From assembly GCA_019828565.1 (NCBI GenBank), contig JAHDYR010000062.1, positions 74,801-138,800 on the forward strand: a stretch of 64,000 nucleotides of DNA, in the 5' to 3' direction. A model generated the notes under the pieces. The model was not told the origin of the DNA. It saw nothing but the letters and a program-made list of their open reading frames with translations, and did no database searches. The DNA is from Carpediemonas membranifera BICM. Its lineage: Eukaryota; Protista; Fornicata. Positions 32,676 to 43,068 of this stretch are shown piece after piece; within the stretch, counting starts at the first letter, position 1; each line of letters opens with the position of its first letter. A program made the translations under genes and the position numbers.

Positions 32676-35114
32676 TGTGGTTTGACTATACCTGTTTTAC
32701 TAGGAGAAGAGACTTCGACACAGGGGTGTCGAAGTCAATCCATAAATGTTCTTAAATTGTACTGACTGACACTGCCCCTCCATGCTCAACTGACTTGAGT
32801 ATGAATAACTTGTGCCGGTAGGCCTCACAGGGGAAAGCCTGTGCTAACCTACTTCACCGTTGGCAGCTGGGGAAAAGCCCAGTGCCCGGGAAGGGTACTC
32901 TGCCTTAGCTCGGTAACCCTTGCTTCACCGTCGCTAACTGTGGGTAGCACAGCAGCCGGAACACCGTTGACACACTCTTACTGCAACGTAAGGGTGTCCG
33001 GTACAACCGTAGTTGTTCTGTAGTGACGTATCTCCAAATTGATTGACTCAGAATTTCGTGGTACCACTGTGTAAGTATTGCGTCATACGCTCAAGGGTTA
33101 GTCTTACCCGGGCTTACCGCCCTCCCACGGGCCATTACTGGGCCGTATGGTTGTTGATTAGTTCATTCGGATCCTTAAAATGCACAAATGGCTTCAGTTC
33201 GAAACCACCATGGTATGTGGCCTTGAAAGCCCTCATTCTTACATAGCGTTCGAATAACGCCTCTAGAGGCCTCAAAGCCTCTCCGTTGCCGAGATATGGC
33301 CTTTTTTTGCTTTTCTCGTTCGTCGACAGTTGGGACGCCGCGAATATTGCTCTATAACACTAACAACATCAGTATTCGTCTCATAGACGTATAAATATCG
33401 TGATTTTGCGGACTTATCGTCCTCAATACGCGTTCATCGGGGTTCACCAAACGGACCCTTTCTCGGTCGGCGAATTCTGCCAAACCCGTCTGCTTTCGTA
33501 AATTACGCGTTGCACCATGCTATTCAGCGTCCTGACTTAGCTGTGTGGAGTCCTGGTCATGACCCAGGTCCTACGTTTTTGTATCATGTAACACGTAAAT
33601 GAAGTTTTGACCGCGGTTAATACTTCCATACGGCCTAATGGAGAACCTTGTGCATGATTTGGACGCACTGATCGCTGATCTTGCTGGCAATGACGGCAAT
33701 CTGCCCGTTGCTGAACGTCTCCGCGCTCTGAAGCGCAAACACCAGTCCGTGCTCGTGCCGGACAGCACCGATATGCCCCAGAGACGTGCTCGTCCCGAGG
33801 AATCTTCCTCAGCACCCATTGTTGAGCCGTCATCGCCGCAGGTCGTCATCGAGGTTCCTGCGGCTCGCGCGATCACCCGCCGGCACCCACCTGAGGATAT
33901 CTCTGGTCGCGTCTCGAACTGCTTCGAGCTGCCCCTCCAGGGCATGCTGTCCCGTCTGAGGACCGGACAGGTTTTCAGCGCTGGCGATGAGGCTGGAGAC
34001 CTCATGACGCGTCAGTCCCTCTTGCTCCTGACGGACTTCGTCACCGACGCCGTCGTGGGCCGTGCTCTGCGGTCCCACTTTGAGATCGACTCACCTGCCG
34101 ATGCCGCCCTCGCCGAGGCTCTGCTCGCCTCTGCCGGTGTCACGTCCGGCTGTTTCTCCCGGTCTACGGTCGATGTCGTGGTAGCGACCCTGACCCGCAT
34201 CACTCCCGATCTCGCTGATCGCCAGCCATCCTATCTCCGAACCCTGGCGAACCAGTCCCTGATGCGGATCATCATGATCTCTTCGCACCCTTCCCTGTAC
34301 TGCTGTTGGATGGTGGCCCAGGCCCGTCGCGTCGACCGTCTGTCTGCTCACAAGGCGACACGGTTTGTGACGGACTACTACGCCCTGCTCACAAACGATC
34401 GCATCGCACGGATCGAGACCACGATCAGCGCTGCCGAGCTCGTGCCGCAGGTGTCTGACCCGTCACTCGACTACGTCATCGTCGAGTGCCTCAGGCACAT
34501 TGAGCTGTACAACGAACAGTTCCGCGAAAGCTTCACCCTTGTGGTTAAGTATCAGAATTACGCCGTGCCTGGACTTACTCAGCTCACGCAATCCATGTGC
34601 ACTTGCCTTCCGATCACCAACTACCTCACCAATGCCCGTCTTTGGCCGCGTGTTCGCCCTGAGTGGCACCCTGAGCTGCTCCTGGCCCGGCTGCGCGAGT
34701 CAGCTGGTGCGATCGACGAAGAATAAATTCTGTTGGCTGCCTTACCCTGCCTTTTACAGGTACATATAAGTGGCAGGCTTATGCTTTTCCGAGAAGTATA
34801 TCTAACACTTCGCAGTCCTTGACGTTCTCGTAAGGCTCCCAAGTGTCCTCGCATGGCTCATACCCTTTCCAGTGCACGTGGAACTTCCTATTCTTGATCG
34901 ACTTCTCATTGGATGAATCGTAAATGCACTCGACAACGTACTCGGCGTCAGTGGTCGCTGCCAGGGCCTGTGCTGAGTCGCGTGACAAGTCACCCTCGAA
35001 AGCCCTCACGCGCTCGGATGCTACCCTGAACTCCTTACCCGAGTTCACGTCTCTCACATTGTATGCTACCGGTAAGTTGTCGACGATAACCGGGTTCACT
35101 AGCTGAATTGGGCC
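32676..35114 (-). mobile_element. 3' portion of a chromovirus: probable LTR ~32676-32771, PPT, 3' cassette, antisense ORF, integrase/chromodomain end
   Basis: GGAGGGGCAG-TGTCAG junction at 32771/32772; KFHVHWKGYEPCEDTWEP in 34779-35114. The left LTR boundary is tentative. Confidence 0.8.
33638..34726 (+). CDS. Intact antisense accessory protein (362 aa) with C-terminal chromo-like domain
   Basis: DYVIVECLRH...FTLVVKYQNYAVPGLT...ITNYL; the stop overlaps AATAAA; strongly similar to 43989-45318. Confidence 0.9.
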   Translation: MENLVHDLDALIADLAGNDGNLPVAERLRALKRKHQSVLVPDSTDMPQRRARPEESSSAPIVEPSSPQVVIEVPAARAITRRHPPEDISGRVSNCFELPLQGMLSRLRTGQVFSAGDEAGDLMTRQSLLLLTDFVTDAVVGRALRSHFEIDSPADAALAEALLASAGVTSGCFSRSTVDVVVATLTRITPDLADRQPSYLRTLANQSLMRIIMISSHPSLYCCWMVAQARRVDRLSAHKATRFVTDYYALLTNDRIARIETTISAAELVPQVSDPSLDYVIVECLRHIELYNEQFRESFTLVVKYQNYAVPGLTQLTQSMCTCLPITNYLTNARLWPRVRPEWHPELLLARLRESAGAIDEE

Positions 35115-36340
35115 TGTTGTCTCCAAAGACTAAGAAGAGTTCCGATTTATAAATAGGGTGACTCTCTGACAGTCATTGACTTGCTGAGTGGAGTCCACAC
35201 TACCTCCCCATGGTCGCACATTGTGCCGGCCATGACAAAACCAATCTGGATGTTGGAATTACATGTTCGAATTGGGCAGTCTCGCTGAGTTCTGCCTGTC
35301 AACCACTGCTGGGATTATGACTGTGGTACAACCATTAACTGGCATTACGTCCCGCAACCCATATCGGGAATTACGCTTTTGTTCTTGAATCGTCCCGTCG
35401 GACAATTGTGTGGTGATGCACGTGCTGCTTTAGAGGTTCCTGTGTTATCATGGGACTGTCCCTACCCCCCACGGACGTTGAGACTCCGTAACTGGGGAAT
35501 TATACATGTTACGTTTGACGTAGATAAATTCTGGAGGCCATAGCACCGGTGATCGAGTTTGTTCGTTCTGCTGCGCTGATTGGCGCTTTTCTTACATAGG
35601 CTTCGAAAATGGCCATTAGAGGCCTCTTCGTTGTGGAGTTCTGGCCCTTTTTTGCATCGCGGCGTTTGTATCGGCGGAGCTTGTCTCATGTGAGCTCCTT
35701 TTCAGATAACCAATATCAATCGGGTCCTAAGTGCCTTATAAACAACTTAGTGCCGTTGTTCTTTTTCCTTGTCGTCGTGTTGTGTTCGGTTTTGTCCTGA
35801 ACAATCGAATTTCAGGCAGATGTCGGTGCCAAGCGACGTGATCGAGCACATGGAGGCGATTTTGGCCGCCATTCCGTCGGACAACTTGCGTGCTACCGTT
35901 CGGGCCGCAGTTGAGCGCGCGTTCCGTCCGCCGCGTCGTGTTCGCCGCGTGAACGCCCCAAATCCCGCAGCGAGCGCGGTATCGGCGGCTGCTCGTTCTC
36001 GCCGTCCGACTACACGCGTCCGTTCGCGTAATCGTCCACCGGAATCCCCGTCTGTACCGGCAAGCGCGGTGCCCAGCTCAGCTCCGTTAGTTCGTCACCC
36101 TGAGGCTGCTCCACGCCCTGAGGCTGCTCGTGCGCGTTGCTTGGACAAGTTAGCTACCGCATCGATCCCGTTGTGGTCGAGTGCCTTCAACTTCATCCCG
36201 GACGACACTGTACTGCCCGTCTACGCCTTAGGCTCGACCCTGGTCGCGTTGCCGGTCGACCACCACCGACGTGCCGCACGCCGGGGCGGTGTTGAGCTCT
36301 CGCTCGCTCGCGATGCCCTCGTTCTTCACGCTTGGTGCGT
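35115..36340 (-). mobile_element. 3' fragment of another chromovirus (probable LTR 35115-35199, PPT, N-terminal part of antisense ORF 35820-36340)
   Basis: GGGGAGGTAG-TGTGG junction; ORF4-like segment; MSVPSDVIEHMEAIL...R/S/P-rich linker. Confidence 0.6.
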
Positions 36341-36379
36341 CAAGTTTGATTGGGAGAAGAACTTTTTGATGGGAAGCTG

Positions 36380-36817
36380 ATGTCGAGAACTGTAACATGC
36401 AGTAGGTGCCGTGTTACCGGTCATAACGCCAATGGATGCCCATTCAAAAACGTATTGGAGGTGAACAGCGATCAAGCAGCCATTGACGCGGTGTTAACGC
36501 CCCGGATGAAGGAGTTGGTACGAGACAATGAGCTCTCGCGCTCGCTGCCTGGAAAACTCATCGCGGCATGGGCATATGAAATCGACAATGCAACTGCAAC
36601 CGTCGCTACGCCACCAGCCGGTCTTATGACCCCTCACACGACACCGTCATCCAGCGACTACGTCCCCCGCCGTAGAGAGGCTCAAAAGCCGACCTTCATC
36701 AGCATTCCCGTCCGCCCAGAAGTGTACTCCCGCGTTATCTCATTCGTTGCTAGCCTTGAGGAAGCTCCGCCGCCTTCTGATGTTTCCGTGGCCGAAAGCC
36801 AAGCGCTACTTGAATAA
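36380..36817 (+). CDS. IS630 accessory ORF2, CCHC zinc-knuckle protein
   Basis: CSRCRVTGHNANGC; three homologues in the window, always convergent with a DD35E-family transposase. Confidence 0.85.
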   Translation: MSRTVTCSRCRVTGHNANGCPFKNVLEVNSDQAAIDAVLTPRMKELVRDNELSRSLPGKLIAAWAYEIDNATATVATPPAGLMTPHTTPSSSDYVPRRREAQKPTFISIPVRPEVYSRVISFVASLEEAPPPSDVSVAESQALLE

Positions 36818-36824
36818 ACAGCAT

Positions 36825-37793
36825 TTACAAAGCATAGCCATGCTTGGCGTAGAGTCCGAGGATGTCAGAGTCCTTGACCAGGTCGAAGGCATGGAGGATA
36901 CTGGGCAAACGGCCTTCTTCCTTAAAATGCGTGGCGACATAGGCCTTGACTTGGCCGAATACTACCTCTATGGGGCTCAAGAAGGGAGAGTATGGAGGAA
37001 GGAAGACAATACGAACATCATAAATGCGGGACAAGTTGTTGATTCGCTCCTCATCTTTGTGTTTGCGCGCGTTGTCAAGGATGATGCAGTGTCCGGGAAT
37101 ATGTGGTAGCAAAGCAATCATGAACTGCCAGAAGAGGTCAGCGTTGTAAGTGCCGCTTGTAATGTGCCTGTGAACTATCCCCGAAGTCGTGAGGGCTGCT
37201 ACGACCGAGTATCGCTTACCCAGGGCAGCACCTGAGCGACGCGCGATGGTTCTCTGACCCTGCGGGCTACGGACTCTCTTCACACGAAGGCCACGAGGGT
37301 CGAATGACGTCTCATCAATGAAGCAGAGCTTGTCCAGCCCATAGTGCGGGATCGCCTCGGTAACCATAAATGAGCGGAAGCGGAGCGCCTTTTCTGGGTC
37401 ATACTCCATCCACCGAGTCTCTCCGACGGTGAGGACAAGGCCCTCCTCGTGGTTAAGGACGTGGCTGAGGTATCCTGTGCTGAGGCTAACCTGGAACTTT
37501 TCGAAAATTTCTTGTTGAATATCCTTCAACTGAGCTGCTTCGTTTGATCTAACGTAGTCAACAAGGTAGTTGCGCATGTTTCTCGTTAGCTTGCGCGGTT
37601 CCACCACTCTTTTGCCCTCAGGCGCCCCGTAGCTCGCTTGAATTCTACGAAGAGTGGTTCTAGAATGCCCATAGAGAGAGCATAGAACGCTCTTCGGTAC
37701 ACCTGCGGCCATCAGACATCTCAGTTCGTTGCGTCTTTCAAGCGTGATCGTCATTTCGAGTGGCAATTTGTGTCCACAACTTTGATGGGACAA
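36825..37793 (-). CDS. Intact IS630/Tc1-type DD35E transposase
   Basis: FIDETSF, LDNARKH, FLPPYSPFLSPIE; element TIR ends at 39854 before TA. Confidence 0.93.
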   Translation of the reverse strand: MSHQSCGHKLPLEMTITLERRNELRCLMAAGVPKSVLCSLYGHSRTTLRRIQASYGAPEGKRVVEPRKLTRNMRNYLVDYVRSNEAAQLKDIQQEIFEKFQVSLSTGYLSHVLNHEEGLVLTVGETRWMEYDPEKALRFRSFMVTEAIPHYGLDKLCFIDETSFDPRGLRVKRVRSPQGQRTIARRSGAALGKRYSVVAALTTSGIVHRHITSGTYNADLFWQFMIALLPHIPGHCIILDNARKHKDEERINNLSRIYDVRIVFLPPYSPFLSPIEVVFGQVKAYVATHFKEEGRLPSILHAFDLVKDSDILGLYAKHGYAL

Positions 37794-37853
37794 TGATTAG
37801 GTGGACACTCTGTAGTGGCCATATTTAAGCTCCAATAAATTCCCAATCACACC

Positions 37854-38894
37854 GTGGTGATCACAAGTGCGATGGATAGGAGGAGACGTGTGTTCTCAAT
37901 CGGTGAAAGAGAAGCGATCAGAGCTGCTGGAGAACGACTAGGGCCAACTGCAGCGGCGAAAGAGTTCGATCTGCCGCTTCAAACTGTCAAGGGCATTATA
38001 TACAGGAACAGAGACGGAAAACAACGAGGACCAGCAAGGAACGAAGGGCTTTATGAACAGGTACGCGAGACTATGTTGAACAAACGCGGAAATCTCAAGC
38101 TCCTTCATCTACAGTACAACGCCGAGATGGGAAGCTCAGTGCCGAGGACGACATTCGCCCGCTGCCTCGCTGAGGCTCGCCTCTCTGTCCGCTGTGGGTC
38201 CAAAGGAGCCAAGTGCATGCGACGAGAAGACTGGGTTGAGGTAGCCAGGATGAGAGCCAAGTACATCACTCACGTTGGGCAGGTTCTAGTGCACGACGAG
38301 AGCATGTTCACCTGGAGGGGCATCAGAGACATCACTGACAAGGTGGTGGCTCCAACTGGGACGAACCAGGTGACAATCCCGCTAGATCGACTGGTAATCC
38401 CGACAGTGACGTTACTTACTGCGCTCATCTCCGTCGAGGGATTTGTCTTTGGTGATGTCTACGTTGGCACGAAGGGCGCTATCAACGGAGAACGATTCAA
38501 GAGGATCCTGCAGAGCGCTAGTGACGTTATTTATCCATATCCTGGCAAGCATTCGGTCATTATCACCGATAACGCGAGCTTTCATGACCGCGATGCAATG
38601 CAAGAGATTGTTGATGGCTTTGGCTGCATGGTTATATGGACTCCGCCCAATGGATCCACTGTTAGTCCCATCGAAGAAGCGTTCGGGCACCTTAAGGCAA
38701 CAGTGAACGAAGAGGTTGCAAAGGCGATTATTGGGGGCAAAATACGCTGGACTGCTGAGCAAGTGAGCGAAGTCATCCTCAGGCACGCATTCTCACAGCC
38801 TGCGCATCGTTTTCCTCGCTTGTTCATGCGTGCTGGCATTTCTGCCACGACTGACTGGTCCTACTGGGATAGATCAGCATATGGCAAGCTATAA
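37854..38894 (+). CDS. Divergent IS630/Tc1-type DD34E transposase
   Basis: HTH N-terminus, VHDESM, ITDNASFH, WTPPNGSTVSPIEE. Confidence 0.88.
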   Translation: MVITSAMDRRRRVFSIGEREAIRAAGERLGPTAAAKEFDLPLQTVKGIIYRNRDGKQRGPARNEGLYEQVRETMLNKRGNLKLLHLQYNAEMGSSVPRTTFARCLAEARLSVRCGSKGAKCMRREDWVEVARMRAKYITHVGQVLVHDESMFTWRGIRDITDKVVAPTGTNQVTIPLDRLVIPTVTLLTALISVEGFVFGDVYVGTKGAINGERFKRILQSASDVIYPYPGKHSVIITDNASFHDRDAMQEIVDGFGCMVIWTPPNGSTVSPIEEAFGHLKATVNEEVAKAIIGGKIRWTAEQVSEVILRHAFSQPAHRFPRLFMRAGISATTDWSYWDRSAYGKL

Positions 38895-38899
38895 ATGTT

Positions 38900-39774
38900 T
38901 ATTCCTCTCTTGCTAGCAGCCTGTCAATGGCCTTGAGCGTCTCTTGCCGAACTGCCGGATCATCGAAGCGTTTGAGGCTTCCACTCGTTCTTCTGACGAG
39001 TATGTGAGCATGGATCTCCATGACTAGAGAGTAAACGTCTCCATACGTGGCAAAGGGTAGATTCCGGAAGAATCCATTGTTGTTGGCATGTGAGAAGGAT
39101 CTGACAACTCCTGAGACAGATTTGAGTCGAGCGGCTGACTGATGGTTAGATGGCGTCCTGGCAGCAGCACACGGTCACCTGAGAAGAATATCTGAGCTTG
39201 GTTCTCTTCCGAAGACTGTGCCCCTCGCTCGGGACGCTGCTCTTCGTCGAAGGTTATGACGTCATTTCTGTCGTGCTCCTTGGCGACACGAGACCAGAAA
39301 CTTGCCGTGACAACAACAGCGTAAAGGGTGATGGATGCTTGCCCCTGCTCTGCCGCCTGGAGTAAATACTCGATCCAATCATCGGCGGTAAGAATGGCGT
39401 GGTTCGGGCTGTGATGAAACAGCAGTACTGAAGACCCACAGTGTCGCTGTGCCTTCAGGTAGACGTTGCGAGGGTTCAGTACATCCGCTGGGGAGAGAGA
39501 AGGTTGTATCACCTCTCTTGCCCGGTTTGACGGATGTGAACATGACGAATGCGTAATCATTATCTTTGAAGTTGGCAAAAGCGGACTTCTTGCCATTTCT
39601 CTTCAGAAGTGGTACTCCGGCTAGGCTTCTTACCTTCAGAGCAACAATGAGGTCACGTTGAGCGGACAGAAGCTGTTCCTCGCTGAATGACACCTCTCTT
39701 CGCATCGAAAGGCTCCCCTCGCTGCTATGAACCTTCCACTGCTGTATCGACGGAGCTGTGACTGGCTGTGACAT
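38900..39774 (-). pseudogene. Convergent accessory ORF (frameshifted) of the DD34E element
   Basis: Overlapping ORFs 39379-39774 and 39024-39596 lie inside the TIRs. Confidence 0.55.
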
Positions 39775-39856
39775 GGGTGCTTATACAATGATCCAAATCA
39801 CAATTTCGGGGAGCTTAAATATGGGCACTACAGACTTTTAGATCAAAACTGCAATA

Positions 39857-40800
39857 TTGCTGATTCGATTTCGAAATGACTAAATGTTTGATTGCATGCT
39901 GAACTTTTTGATTGATAGGAGATGGCCCGAAGCCTTGTGGAGGGTAATGAGCTTGTGAAAGCATTACCAGGCCGTATGATTGCCGCATGGGCCTATGAGA
40001 TCCAGAGAAACAACGCAACCATTTCCAATCCTCCCGTGGGATTGCTCACGCCCCAGAGTACACCAGCTTCCTCAGATTACATGCCACGCACCCGTCGTAG
40101 TGAGTCATCAACCTTTCTCACCATCCTAGTGAGACCAGAGTTCTACAGCCGCGTCGTGTCCTTCCTTGCTTCCTTGGAGGAGACGCAGACCGTTCAGCAG
40201 CCCGTCCCCGAAACCCCTCAGGTCAGCGAGTCTCAATAAACATCATTTACTCATGTCCATGGTCACTGAAGAGACCGCTTATGTTCTGAGAAGCGACACG
40301 ATCGAATCCAGCGAGGATGGAGGGCAGGCGGCCCATATCGGTGAAGCTGTTAGCTACGAAGGACTTAGCCCAGGAGAAGGTGCGCTCAATTGGATTCAGA
40401 AAAGGGCTATACTTGGGTAAACGAACGATGCAAACATTGTATATAGTCTCAAGCTGCTCTCCTACAGCTGCGGAAGGGTTGGACCTTGGCGTTGTCCATG
40501 ATCACCACTCGACCGATGACAAGAGGGAGTAGGCCAATAAAGAAGGACAGGATTGCGTCTGAATCGTATGTGCCCGTAATTATCGTTCGATAAATGACTC
40601 CTTCAAGCCCTAATGCGGCGCAGACGGAGTACCGAAGCCCTATTCCCCCGGATTGCCGGCGAACGTATGTTCTTTGGCCGACTGGCCCTCACACGCGCCG
40701 AATACGGAGACCCCTCGGATCAAAGCTAAAGTTTTATCGATGAACACTAGGCCCTCTTGCCCGTAGTTGGGCAGAATCTCGGTAAGGATTTGTTTCAAAC
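39857..40800 (-). mobile_element. Degraded two-gene IS630 element (ORF2 39922-40239 on +, lacking the knuckle; transposase relics on -)
   Basis: TIR start TTGCTG after TA 39855-39856; LPGRMIAAWAYEI...FYSRVVSFLASLEE; LVFIDKT and LPKYSPFLNPIE relics. Confidence 0.8.
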
Positions 40801-40827
40801 CCATGACCTCGCACAGTTCTTTAACGG

Positions 40828-42225
40828 TGTGATCACTAAGGAAAAAGGCTTTATAAAGAGAGCTCGACACAAGGGTGTCGAGCTGGACGGATCAAGACCG
40901 TATCAAATACGTATCTCATATATAAATGGCTGACACTTCCCCCCCATGCTCTGTTAAGAGCATCACGAAAAGGATACCATTGTTAATCAGGTCTTGGGGG
41001 AATAGCCCAAGAGTGCTGACCCTATAACCGTCGATCGCTGGGGAATGACCAGTGATCCGGGGATGCCAACTAAGTTCAACTTAGGAGGCTGACCGTCGCG
41101 CACACGGGACTTGCGTGTACGCCGGATAGTATCCGTTGACTAGGCTGACGACATAGCGTCCTAAGCCATCGCCCGGCGTGGAGTCCACCCACGGAACTTC
41201 TCTAAAGATTTTCTAGATTGCGCAAAGATTCTACAGATTCGAAAAGACTCGTGGTACCACTAAATAAGCGCGCTGTGTCATGGGTATCTTACCTGGGGAT
41301 CCTGCCCCTCCTAGTAGTCGATACATACCAGTGTTCTGTCTGATTGCATCAAACCGTGCAGGTTATGTCATGCATTCGGCTTGATTCGGAATAGTTGGCG
41401 GTTTGTGCCCTTCTTCCGCTATTTCTTACATAGGCTTCGAAAATGCGGTTAATTAGCTCCAATTCCGCTTCCTTGGCGAGATACGGGCGTTTTCTTCTCT
41501 TCGTCTCCGCTCGGACTTCTTGTGCCCAGAATACGAGCTCCATCATGAATAACCAACATCACAACCACGTTCTACGCATAAACTTTGTCCGTTATCACTT
41601 CTTTGAGGGGTTTTCTTCCCCTTTTCCTCGAGATCTCGTCTCGGCATAAAACGCGCGAGAGAATGCGTGAACGGCTGTCCCTTGGCCAGTATTGGCTATA
41701 CAGGCGTGCTCAGCGTCTGTAACTTGCACGGTGGGTGTCCTCCTGAGATTATATAACTCATGTATACATGTAAATCAAATCTGGGACGCGTCCTAGATTT
41801 CAAACGGCGCTATGGCAAACGTTGAGAAGGAACTCTTTGCTGCAATCGACCAGTATATGACGGCCAATCCTACTGGTGTGCTCATCTCCGATCTTCAGGC
41901 CTTGAAGCGAAAGCACGTCGAGCTGCTGAATGGTGACGGCTCCCAGGAAGCTACTGAGGGTTCTCACACGCCTCCATCCACTGACAACACCGCTGAGACC
42001 ACCGATGGTGATGCCATTTCGCACCAAGAAGCTGGTTCAGCTCCCGATCGCACCGTTCTCCGACCTCGACGCTCCGGACGGCACATCACCGACTGCCATC
42101 CCGAATCTGCTCAGACCACAATCACCCGCACGAGCGAGCTGGGCGCTGAGTTCAACCAGCGCGTCGTCGAGGTCCCCGTCCGCCAATTCCACCGACAGAC
42201 CCGTTACCGCGCCAATGTCGAATAG
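40828..42225 (-). mobile_element. 3' fragment of a chromovirus (probable LTR 40828-40935, PPT, 3' cassette, N-terminus of antisense ORF 41812-42225)
   Basis: GGGGGGGAAG-TGTCAG junction; cassette at 41251-41311; LQALKRKH as in 33638. Confidence 0.7.
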
Positions 42226-42229
42226 ATAG

Positions 42230-42850
42230 AGAGGATAGATTTCGGTGCATTTTAAGGTAAACAGTTCACGTCCACAACAGGAAGGCGCAGCTTCTGGCAG
42301 TAGGCGCACTCCTGAGACGCTCGACGTCAACACTCATCGTAGGCCAGACAAGGCCAGAGTCCTTCAGGCGTCGGAGAGTCTCATCGCGGCCCATATGTCC
42401 AGCGTGAGCGTTGTGGACCTGCTCAAAGCAGAGGCGCGCGATGGCGTCGATCTGGGGCTTGGCAAAGAGACAGCGGGAGAGTGCGTCTGGGACAACATTC
42501 TCCTTGCCAGGAATGTGCTCAATGTCATATGAGTACTCCTGGAGTCGTAGGGCCCATCTCATGTCATATTGGGGGTAAGGGATTTCCTCATGAACACGAG
42601 GTTCCGGTGATCGGTTTGAATGAGAAAATGATAGCCAAGCAGATGATGAGAGAATTTCATGACGACGGCAAAATAGACGCCGAACGCTTCTTTCTCTATA
42701 GTAGCCCATCTACGTTCTGCTTCAGTGAATGTGTGCGAACAATACTCGCAAATGCGCTCTTTTCCGTCGACGACGTTCAGCAACATAACGCCGCAGCCGA
42801 TATCTGAGGCGTCCGTTCTAACGACGATGGGGTAACAATAATCTTGATGA
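42230..42850 (-). pseudogene. Gypsy RNase H/integrase zinc-finger remnant
   Basis: WATIEKEAFGV, IQTDHRNL, IPGKENVVPDALSR; sister of 53370-55560. Confidence 0.85.
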
Positions 42851-43068
42851 TAGAGCGTGTCTGCGTTGGCGATGAGGTTCTTCGCCTCGTCGTAACAACA
42901 CGCATCAGATCCCTGCCTGACCAGTCACTCGACATCACTTCCTTACATTCTGAGGCAACCCGGCTTATTGCGAGATTCGAGCCATCGATTGTCAACTTAT
43001 TTGCATGTTTGGGCGACTTGATTGTCTGCCCAACACTACGACGCCACATCGTTCTGCAGGGGGAGAGC

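Larger units (their letters stand above)
37810..39833 (+). mobile_element. Two-gene DD34E element inserted in the TIR of the neighbouring IS630 element; apparent 3-bp TSD ACT
   Basis: 24-bp TIR CTGTAGTG(G/C)CCATATTTAAGCTCC; ACT at 37807-37809 and 39834-39836. Confidence 0.85.

Noticed and set aside
41285-41300. U1 snRNA 5' end (CTTACCTGG)
   Set aside because: It is the reverse complement of a splice donor (CCAG/GTAAG); no U1 body follows.
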